64,000 nt of DNA from the IMG/VR virus record IMGVR_UViG_3300032280_000361; one strand, given 5' to 3'. A program made the translations under genes and the position numbers. Positions 56,787-64,000 of the stretch are shown in pieces (position 1 is the stretch's first letter; each line of letters opens with the position of its first letter). Below the pieces are notes generated by a model. It was given only the letters and a program-made list of their open reading frames with translations. It was not told where the DNA came from and searched no databases. The stretch comes from a virus (taxonomy: Duplodnaviria > Heunggongvirae > Uroviricota > Caudoviricetes).

Positions 56787-57002
56787 CTAAAGAAAATCAA
56801 AATTATTTTTTCTTTTTGCTTTTTCTTTCTGTAATCTTTTCTTAACAGAAGGTTTTAAAAATTCCTTCCTATCACGCAATTCCTGCGTTATTTTTAGTTT
56901 AAAAACTTTATTTTTGTAATCTTTAAGAGCCTTTTCTACATTACGATGACTCTCTTCTTTGGATGAACCCTGCTTAACTTTTATTACAATTCGTGCTGGC
57001 AT
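56787..57002 (-). CDS. rpsU: Phage-encoded 30S ribosomal protein bS21
   Basis: NVEKALKDYKNK...ELRDRKEFLKPSVKKR bS21 signature; between protease and scaffold. Confidence 0.88.
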   Translation of the reverse strand: MPARIVIKVKQGSSKEESHRNVEKALKDYKNKVFKLKITQELRDRKEFLKPSVKKRLQKEKAKRKNNFDFL

Positions 57003-57003
57003 A

Positions 57004-57609
57004 TTATGCTAACTCTTCTATAATTTCTCTAATTAAGTGTTGAGTTTTACACCACTTTCCACATACATCTGTTCCGTATGTTTCGTTAATTGGTTGTTTA
57101 TTAGATACTGATTCATTTAGGTTTTCCATAAATGCACCTTGAGTTGATGGGTTAGATACAAAATCCCACCCAATCAATTCAAAATCTTCAGCCACCATTA
57201 CTTTATTATCTCCAATGGATTGAACTGAGCCCATACCTCTACTTGAGATACCTAAACGGATTCCCGCTTTTAATAATTCCTTTAATATGTTACCAGATGG
57301 AGTTGGTAATATCTCTACGACACCTACCACATCATCTCCTTTCCAATAGCATTCTCTTATGTTATGGGATACATTCTTCAAACTAACTACAGATGATTCA
57401 GGATGGTCTAATTCTCCCAATGCTCTCTTCTCTGTAATAAGTTGTTGATATTTTTTAACTTCTCTTTCTAATATGTCTTTAGGATACACTCTACCATTTT
57501 GGTTTTGAGCATCCGCTCTTTGTAATACACCTTTAACCAAAACTACTCCGTTTTCGTCTTCGTTAATCTTTCCCTCAAATAATTTTGTTTCTATTAAAAG
57601 TGATTTCAT
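57004..57609 (-). CDS. Prohead core protease (T4 gp21-like)
   Basis: NQNGRVYP, ALGELDHP, LGISSRGMGS, WDFVSNPS. Confidence 0.95.
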   Translation of the reverse strand: MKSLLIETKLFEGKINEDENGVVLVKGVLQRADAQNQNGRVYPKDILEREVKKYQQLITEKRALGELDHPESSVVSLKNVSHNIRECYWKGDDVVGVVEILPTPSGNILKELLKAGIRLGISSRGMGSVQSIGDNKVMVAEDFELIGWDFVSNPSTQGAFMENLNESVSNKQPINETYGTDVCGKWCKTQHLIREIIEELA

Positions 57610-57618
57610 TTTAATTAT

Positions 57619-58626
57619 TTAGTTTAATACACCAATTGCAATATCACCAACTACTCTTTCTGGACCATTTGCATGCTTTTTATTCACAATTGCAATAAGT
57701 GTACCAGATACTTTAATCATATACATTGGAATCATAGAAGTTGAAAAATCATATTTGATACCAGCTTTTCTTAATTCAGCACCTACATTCATAAAAGATA
57801 ATGCGTTCTTAACAGCTGCTTCAATCTTATCTAAATCAGCATCGTATTTTCCTTCGTTTACGGATTCTTTGAATATTTTTGTTATTACACCACCATCTAC
57901 ATAATCAGGTAGCATTTTATCTAAATCTTCAGCCGAAACCATTTTTAATTTTTCAATTTTATCAGCAAATCCTTTTGTTTCCTTATGATTTCTCATTCTA
58001 TCAGCAATAACTTTAGCATCAACTTTTTTAGTAGGAAATGCTTCGTTTACTGATTTTCCTTCTGATAAATCCCATTGTTTTTTAGTCATTATACTATGTC
58101 CACCGGTACTTTTCATAACCCATGCTTTCGCTTGATTACCTGATTTGAATGTTTTGACCAATTTTGGGCCTTTCGGAGTTTTTTCAAGTCCAACCCATTC
58201 TCCATCTTCCATTGCTTCGTTTACCTTTGTAATATTATACATCTTGCCCGCGCCACTCTTAACTAAAGTTTCACCTTCTTTACTTAATATTTTAGTTTGA
58301 GGTAAGTGTTGTTCACCTTCAGTTTTTGCACCAGCTCTTAATTTAGATAAATCATCACCATCAACTTTTCCGTTTTTATTCAAATCTATTTTTTGTTGCT
58401 TAGCAGTTAGTTCATCTTCTTTAAGTGTTTGTAATCTCTCCGATACACCTTTCCAAGTATCTTCTACTTTATTGAAGAATGCTTTCTTTTCTTCATCTGA
58501 TTTGAATTCATCTGGTGAAGATACACCATGCTTCTTTAGCATAGCTTTAAAGAATGATTGATAATCTTTTTCTTCTTGTAATACTTCTCCAACGATAGTT
58601 CTTAATTGCTCTCTAGTTATTTTCAT
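57619..58626 (-). CDS. Probable head-internal protein with EF-hand-like loop and repeated VNE motifs
   Basis: DLNKNGKVDGDD loop; KVNEA, SVNEA, SVNEG. Confidence 0.65.
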   Translation of the reverse strand: MKITREQLRTIVGEVLQEEKDYQSFFKAMLKKHGVSSPDEFKSDEEKKAFFNKVEDTWKGVSERLQTLKEDELTAKQQKIDLNKNGKVDGDDLSKLRAGAKTEGEQHLPQTKILSKEGETLVKSGAGKMYNITKVNEAMEDGEWVGLEKTPKGPKLVKTFKSGNQAKAWVMKSTGGHSIMTKKQWDLSEGKSVNEAFPTKKVDAKVIADRMRNHKETKGFADKIEKLKMVSAEDLDKMLPDYVDGGVITKIFKESVNEGKYDADLDKIEAAVKNALSFMNVGAELRKAGIKYDFSTSMIPMYMIKVSGTLIAIVNKKHANGPERVVGDIAIGVLN

Positions 58627-58639
58627 AGGGATTCCTAAT

Positions 58640-59095
58640 TTATTTTCTTAAGGTGGTTACATTTTTACCAATATTAGATAACCTTTCCTTTATTCTATAA
58701 ATATGGTGATTAGTTCTTTTCCAAAAGTTTTCACCTTTTAGAGAGTTCTCTTTTTTAATTTTACCATACCACTCTAAGAATTTCTCAATTTCGTCTATTT
58801 TTCTACGGATTTCCCTAACACCTAATCCAATCTTTTGATTTGGAGTCATTGTTTGGTCTAATCTTAATTTCTGAAATCTATTTTCGTTAACCGCAGAATA
58901 ACCGGTTAGCCCAGCCATTCTTTTTACATACCCTGCTTTGTGAGTACCATTATTAGAAAATGCTCTAGGAGTATCATATCCTGCTACATCTCCTGTAACA
59001 GTTACTTCCTTCTTTAATTTTTCCTCTTCCTCTTTTTCAATTTCGGAAAGGATTTCTCTAATACTATTTTTTAACGCTTCTAGCTGAGTTGACAT
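58640..59095 (-). CDS. Conserved head-region hypothetical protein
   Basis: TGDVAGYDTPRAF motif; contains an ATATTTATA copy at 58696-58704. Confidence 0.75.
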   Translation of the reverse strand: MSTQLEALKNSIREILSEIEKEEEEKLKKEVTVTGDVAGYDTPRAFSNNGTHKAGYVKRMAGLTGYSAVNENRFQKLRLDQTMTPNQKIGLGVREIRRKIDEIEKFLEWYGKIKKENSLKGENFWKRTNHHIYRIKERLSNIGKNVTTLRK

Positions 59096-59942
59096 TTTTA
59101 ACTTCTTTTAATAATTCGTATGTAAGCATTAAAACTGAAACTTGTTTTTCTTGATTCTCTTTAAGGAACTTATCTGATTTATAAAGTTTAATCATTTCTG
59201 ATATCTTAATCTTAGTTACCTTATCAGTAATAGTTTTTGATTCCTTTACTAAATTATTCAATACTTTTTTAGTTTCCTCTTCTATGAATTTTGGGAATGC
59301 AGAAGTATTAGTAACGTTGTTTATGAATTCTCTCAATAAACCTTTTTGAGAATCATCTAATTTAGAATACTTTTTATTGAAGCTTTCTATTAATAATTTA
59401 TAAGTTAACAATCTCAAATCTTCTGATTGTTGTTTGAATGATTCATATAATGTATCAGATGCTTTCGTTGAGATTCTTTTGTTTACAATGTGCTCTAATA
59501 TAGTATTATTAGAATCAATAAAATCTCTAATCTCAACCTTTCTACCTAATGTTTTGGTTTCAAATACCTTATAAACAGAAGCTAATAATTTATAATTCTG
59601 TAGGTTTGATGATAGGAATTTATCTAAATCATACGATTCCTTTATTGTTTTAATAAGATTATACTTTTCTTTATTTAGTTTATTCTCATCTAACTTTACT
59701 CTTTCCTTAGCCACTTCTTCTAAGAATAACTTAGCATCATCAATCGAAGAATACTTTTCTTTAACGATTTGATTGTATAATTTCAATTCTTTAGCCAACT
59801 CTTTGTTTGAACTAAAAAATTCCTTTATAATCTTCTCAGACACATTTTTTGTCGAATTTGATAATACCTCTTGCGTAATTTGCTTGACAAGTAGTTCAAA
59901 CAAAATAGCGGTATTCTTAAACTTTGAGTGTTTAACTTTCAT
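59064..59942 (-). CDS. Conserved head-region helical protein
   Basis: MKVKHSKFKNTAILFELLVKQIT; directly after the portal gene. Confidence 0.8.
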   Translation of the reverse strand: MKVKHSKFKNTAILFELLVKQITQEVLSNSTKNVSEKIIKEFFSSNKELAKELKLYNQIVKEKYSSIDDAKLFLEEVAKERVKLDENKLNKEKYNLIKTIKESYDLDKFLSSNLQNYKLLASVYKVFETKTLGRKVEIRDFIDSNNTILEHIVNKRISTKASDTLYESFKQQSEDLRLLTYKLLIESFNKKYSKLDDSQKGLLREFINNVTNTSAFPKFIEEETKKVLNNLVKESKTITDKVTKIKISEMIKLYKSDKFLKENQEKQVSVLMLTYELLKEVKNVNSARSVKK

Positions 59943-59986
59943 CAGAATTTATTATTTTTCTTTACTATATATGTAAATATTACTTC

Positions 59987-59995
59987 TATAAATAT
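59987..59995 (-). promoter_or_regulatory. Candidate late promoter motif ATATTTATA
   Basis: About 44 nt upstream of 59942. Confidence 0.65.
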
Positions 59996-60019
59996 TAGGA
60001 AACTTTGAATAAGTGATTT

Positions 60020-61939
60020 TTACACATCTGGTAAGATATTTTTATCATCTAATAGTGAACCAGTATCATCACTTAATCCATCTATACCTTCGTTTATAAT
60101 CTTTTTACCCGCTTTTCTTTCGTTATTTGATTTAATTTTATTTCTTATTGCATCTCTTAATTTCTTATCTTTATCGGAAATACCCTTAAGTTTTTCACCG
60201 ATTCTCTTATGTCGAGTTTCTCTTCCAAAATTACGAGTTATATCACCTTTACCTAATGGGTCTCTTCCAAACGCATTATCATCTGTACCATTGTTACCTG
60301 TCATTTGAGGTCTACCACCTAATTCACCATTCTCAGCACTAGCATCAGCTGCTTCCTGTGTAGGTTGTTCATCAGAAGGTTCAGCCATCATACCCGTTTC
60401 AGGTTGTTCTCCTTCAGCCGGTTGCTCACCTTCTGCTGGTTGTTCTCCACCTGGTTGTTGAGGTTCTTCTTCGTATGGGTCTACTCCTTCTTGTTCAATC
60501 TTATTTAATCGGTTTAAATCGAATGTATCATAAACTACATTTGTTCTTTCTTCATCTATTTCTTCAGTAGAAAGTTTAAATATGTTTTGATAAATCCAAT
60601 CATTAGATAACAACTTTAATGCTTTCATATCAGTTGCCAATCTAACTTTCTCAGCCCATAGATTTATTTTCTCTTGCTCATAGATTGTAGATGGGTTAGT
60701 TAATTCCAATTTGAAATCAACCGCATCCATACCCTCAACTCCTTGTGCAATTAAATGTGCAATAGCTATCTGTGTTAATTCAGATACCACTACTCTTTGG
60801 ATTCTCTCAATAGTTCTAGCAAAACGAATATCTTCCGCTGCTAATGTAGCTTTACCATTGATATCCTCTTCGTATCCTAAGAAAGCCTTTGGAACTTTAA
60901 GTGCCGCAAATAGTTTAGCTTTTAAGTAATCAATATCCTCAATAGCAGTATATTGTAATCCACTTAATGTATCAATCTGAGTACCACTATCACCACCTCT
61001 TACAGGCATAAAGAAATCCTCTGTGATGTTCATCATATTATACTTAAGATTGTAATCTCCAGTCTTTTGGTCTTGAAAAGGAGTTTTCTTAATCTTATTG
61101 ATAATCTTCTGCATATAGTTATCAACCTCTTGAGGAGGAATGTTACCTATATCAATTTTGAATATTCTTTTTTCAGGTGCTCTCATAATACGATGTATCA
61201 TCATCGCATCTTCCATCAATGTAATTTGTTTCCACAATCTTCTTGCATTCTCCAACATTGATTTACCATAAGGTAAGTAGTTTGTATCTGAATACAAACG
61301 GAAGTGAGCCATTTCAAAGTTATCATACTCATGCTTACCAAACTTATCTGGGTCAACGGTGAATTTGATACCTTGTTGTTTTCTATTAATTCTTTGAGGG
61401 TCATTTAAACCTTCAGTTCTAGTTACATAATAAACTGATTGAGGGTGTACGTTTATAACACCTTCTCCTTCCGCAATCTCTAATGTAATAAAACAATCAC
61501 CATATTTACATAGGTTTCTAACCCACGGCCAAAGATTAAACTCTATGTTCATAGTATCATAGAATAAATTCTCTAATACCTCTTTAACTTGTTGGTTTTC
61601 TGTTTTTATAGTAAGAACATCCCCATATTCATTTTTTGTAGTAGATTCATCCGCATAGATATCCAATGCTGATGATAGAATTGGGTCATTATCCATTGCA
61701 TCATAATCTAAAAATAACTCTCTACGAATTACTTGATATGATAATTGTGTCTGATATACATCTTGAGTGTACCCAGTTTGTAATCTATAAAATCTATCTT
61801 TTAAAGATTTAAGGTTTGTTACTTGCTGACTGTTTTCAGTATCTACGACCCTAGTCTTATTACCTTCTTTTTTAACAACTACTCCGGTAGAAAATACCTT
61901 TCGTAATCTATCAAAAAAAGAATTGTTTTGTTCTGCCAT
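60020..61939 (-). CDS. Portal protein (T4 gp20-like)
   Basis: LMEDAMMIHRIMRAPEKRIFKIDIGN, EDFFMPVRG, ALKVPK, DIRFAR. Confidence 0.96.
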   Translation of the reverse strand: MAEQNNSFFDRLRKVFSTGVVVKKEGNKTRVVDTENSQQVTNLKSLKDRFYRLQTGYTQDVYQTQLSYQVIRRELFLDYDAMDNDPILSSALDIYADESTTKNEYGDVLTIKTENQQVKEVLENLFYDTMNIEFNLWPWVRNLCKYGDCFITLEIAEGEGVINVHPQSVYYVTRTEGLNDPQRINRKQQGIKFTVDPDKFGKHEYDNFEMAHFRLYSDTNYLPYGKSMLENARRLWKQITLMEDAMMIHRIMRAPEKRIFKIDIGNIPPQEVDNYMQKIINKIKKTPFQDQKTGDYNLKYNMMNITEDFFMPVRGGDSGTQIDTLSGLQYTAIEDIDYLKAKLFAALKVPKAFLGYEEDINGKATLAAEDIRFARTIERIQRVVVSELTQIAIAHLIAQGVEGMDAVDFKLELTNPSTIYEQEKINLWAEKVRLATDMKALKLLSNDWIYQNIFKLSTEEIDEERTNVVYDTFDLNRLNKIEQEGVDPYEEEPQQPGGEQPAEGEQPAEGEQPETGMMAEPSDEQPTQEAADASAENGELGGRPQMTGNNGTDDNAFGRDPLGKGDITRNFGRETRHKRIGEKLKGISDKDKKLRDAIRNKIKSNNERKAGKKIINEGIDGLSDDTGSLLDDKNILPDV

Positions 61940-62034
61940 TTTTTTATTTATTTTCTATAATCCTTAAAACTATACTATATATACATATATATAATAAAAT
62001 TACTCTAAAAACACTATTATATAGGTAAACTTAA

Positions 62035-62043
62035 TATAAATAT
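62035..62043 (-). promoter_or_regulatory. Candidate late promoter motif ATATTTATA
   Basis: Overlaps the terminase stop; about 95 nt upstream of the portal start. Confidence 0.55.
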
Positions 62044-63629
62044 TAAAATAACCACCTTACATCTTCTTTTTCCATACCTAAATCCATTTCATATGGATTT
62101 CTTTGGAAACTTTGATGATTATATACTCCAGCATCCACTGCAGTTGATGAAAAAGAGTTCAATCCTTGTTTAACTAAATCCATTCTTTCTTGTCTTAAAC
62201 GTAGCGCGGTATCCCTCACCCATAACCCAATTGCCAAACACATTGTTAAGTCATCATTATATCCCCTCATAGCTTCCGCTCTGTTTGTGAACCATATAAA
62301 GGTAAATAACTCATCTATTGTTCTAATCGATTGTATTATTACAGATTTTTCTCTAAAGTATTCATCCAATTTAGATATCATAAGAGGACGAGTTTTAGCT
62401 GATGTTGTGAATCCTGCTACCTGTCTTCTCTCTTCTGCTCCTAATTTATTGGTGTATTGTTTTTCTACATCAATATATTTGTAATCTGATGTTTGATAAT
62501 ACACATTATTATACCCCCTATCTATTACTTGTTGTAGCGCTGCCCATCCAATATTTGCGTTCTCAATTACTAATAACGCATTGTTATAATCCGTTGCTAC
62601 AGAAACTAAGAAGTTACCAAATTCTTTTGTATCTATCTTACCTCTATATTCCGCAACCTGTACATTGTTAACCACATCCATAACGTGGAAAGCTGAGTAA
62701 TCCGATGCATCACCTCTGGCAACGTCGGCTACTACCATATATGATTTGTTATAATCAGGATAATCCCATTTCCAATAATTTCCATCCCATCCACCTTTTT
62801 CAACCGGGTCTTTAACAAATGTTTCCTTATACCACATTAAGATTTCAGGAGATATTACCGTATCACCAGAAGATATAAAGTCACAATCACACTCTTGTGC
62901 TGCCAACTTCGCTCCCAATACTTTTGTTTGTTCATCTCTCCATTTTTGGTCTCTCTCAGGATGCAATGTCCAATGTAGATAGATTGGGTTGAACTCATTC
63001 GTTCCTTCCTCTGAACCTACCCATTGTTTATGAAACCAATTACCCACACCATTCGGTGTAGAAAGTGCTATACAACTACCACCCGTTGATAGGGCCGGAG
63101 TTGCTGATGCCCAAATCTCATTAATATCCGGAACGAATGCCGCTTCATCGACAACCAATAGGGATAAGGCTTCCGAACGACCTGCATCAGGTGAGGATGG
63201 AATAGCCTTTACTTGCGAACCATTTACTAATCGTAATGAGAGTTTGTTATCTTCTTGTGTTGCTACCTTTAACCAACTCGGTAAGTTATCGTACATAACC
63301 CTTACCTTTGTTACTAAGTTCTTAGCAACCTCCTGTTTAATCGCAATAACAAGTACGTTATAATCTTGATTGAATATCATCTTCCACAAAGAATAACCAG
63401 CGGTTAGTGTGGAGATACCCGTTTGACGGGATTTAAGAACTAAGTTGTATCTATGGTCTTTAAATTGTAATAAAGTTTTTTCCTGATATGGAAACAACTC
63501 AAATCTTAACTTACCTTTTGTAGGATGTTGAATCTTACAATACTTGCGCATGAAATATACGGGGTCTGCCGCACATTTAACATACTCTTGTCGTATTACA
63601 TCCTTTAAAGATAATTGTTTATCTTGCAT
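62043..63629 (-). CDS. Terminase large subunit (T4 gp17-like)
   Basis: LKSRQTGIST Walker A, LLVVDEAAF Walker B, STPNG, ADVARG..DYS nuclease, NDDL. Confidence 0.97.
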   Translation of the reverse strand: MQDKQLSLKDVIRQEYVKCAADPVYFMRKYCKIQHPTKGKLRFELFPYQEKTLLQFKDHRYNLVLKSRQTGISTLTAGYSLWKMIFNQDYNVLVIAIKQEVAKNLVTKVRVMYDNLPSWLKVATQEDNKLSLRLVNGSQVKAIPSSPDAGRSEALSLLVVDEAAFVPDINEIWASATPALSTGGSCIALSTPNGVGNWFHKQWVGSEEGTNEFNPIYLHWTLHPERDQKWRDEQTKVLGAKLAAQECDCDFISSGDTVISPEILMWYKETFVKDPVEKGGWDGNYWKWDYPDYNKSYMVVADVARGDASDYSAFHVMDVVNNVQVAEYRGKIDTKEFGNFLVSVATDYNNALLVIENANIGWAALQQVIDRGYNNVYYQTSDYKYIDVEKQYTNKLGAEERRQVAGFTTSAKTRPLMISKLDEYFREKSVIIQSIRTIDELFTFIWFTNRAEAMRGYNDDLTMCLAIGLWVRDTALRLRQERMDLVKQGLNSFSSTAVDAGVYNHQSFQRNPYEMDLGMEKEDVRWLF

Positions 63630-64000
63630 TAAAATAATCTATTTAGTATCGGATTATCTACCCCTCTCACTTTTCCCTCGTATATAACTATATCCTCCTC
63701 TAATTCTGATAATCCTTTTTCGATATTAGCAATTTCTTCCTCCATTTCCGCTTTCATTTCATCCATTGATTTTGGTAAATACCATATCTCAATTCTTCCA
63801 TCCTCTAAAACCTGCTCATAATGTGGTTTCAATTCTTTGATACCATCCTCAATTTGAGCCTTTGCTTCTTTAGCCATATCAATCGCTCTTCCAAATAATC
63901 TGTAGTTTTTATAATCATCGTGGATATTTAATTTTTCAGCTTCAGTATCCATTTCCACATTACAATCTATACAAAATCCAGATTCTTTGATTAATATTTT
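63629..64000 (-). CDS. Hypothetical protein, 5'-truncated by the window edge, with CxxC
   Basis: Frame stays open to 64000 (KILIKESGFCIDCNVEM...); TAATG overlap with terminase. Confidence 0.7.
   Translation of the reverse strand, partial: KILIKESGFCIDCNVEMDTEAEKLNIHDDYKNYRLFGRAIDMAKEAKAQIEDGIKELKPHYEQVLEDGRIEIWYLPKSMDEMKAEMEEEIANIEKGLSELEEDIVIYEGKVRGVDNPILNRLF

Larger units (their letters stand above)
1..64000 (-). mobile_element. Large T4-like myovirus genome segment (bS21-encoding phage group, probable Bacteroidota host)
   Basis: Co-oriented terminase, portal, protease, scaffold, major capsid, neck, sheath, tube and tape measure genes plus T4-like replication genes; no bacterial housekeeping context. 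Confidence 0.97.

Noticed and set aside
60400-60465. EQPAEG repeats in the portal C-terminus
   Set aside because: Ordinary low-complexity acidic linker
61970-61995. Alternating TA tract as origin or pac site
   Set aside because: Short and unremarkable in AT-rich DNA; no iterons or other support
8047-62043. TATAAATA as standard T4-oriented late promoters for plus-strand genes
   Set aside because: No credible plus-strand genes follow them; spacing correlates with minus-strand starts
1597-62671. All plus-strand ORFs and the short nested minus-strand ORFs in the track
   Set aside because: They lie inside long, motif-bearing minus-strand genes, show no recognisable motifs, and are shadows of codon bias
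1-64000. Stop-codon reassignment
   Set aside because: Standard code gives dense, full-length genes; TAG (5992, 30595, 43372) and TGA (53175) end genes at sensible boundaries

Overview
The whole window is a fragment of an AT-rich, lytic T4-like myovirus genome. All credible genes lie on the minus strand, so the genome reads from 64000 towards 1. The order is: terminase, portal, head-internal proteins, prohead protease, ribosomal protein bS21, scaffold, major capsid, methyltransferase and ferritin-like accessories, Ser/Thr-rich fibre genes interleaved with neck genes, a glycosyltransferase, a Hint-domain protein, sheath, tube, tail chaperone, tape measure, baseplate, then a replication/metabolism block (2OG-Fe dioxygenase, atypical PolA, 1725-aa multidomain protein, DUF1599, YbaN, SSB, RecA/UvsX, 5'-3' exonuclease, helicase, NrdB/NrdA, thioredoxin). 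TTTG-N20-TAnnTTTG promoters and A-rich, SD-less start contexts indicate a Bacteroidota host, and the head gene order matches the known bS21-encoding phages. Most notable observations: (1) a +1/-2 recoding site in the tail chaperone, preceded by a perfect internal SD and a hairpin, which may connect to the phage bS21 that lacks the anti-SD-sequestering Tyr; (2) a family A polymerase that appears to lack its thumb; (3) a 1725-aa repeat-punctuated polyprotein with TraB/Tiki-like, ParB-like and nuclease-like cargo; (4) a non-splicing Hint domain coupled to a glycosyltransferase behind the tail fibre; (5) a candidate late promoter, ATATTTATA, containing the reverse complement of the T4 late consensus; (6) a PhyH-type dioxygenase with H-x-N instead of H-x-D. 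Family assignments come from motif recognition by eye; no database searches were run. I saw no tRNA, rRNA, CRISPR array, integrase or lysis gene.
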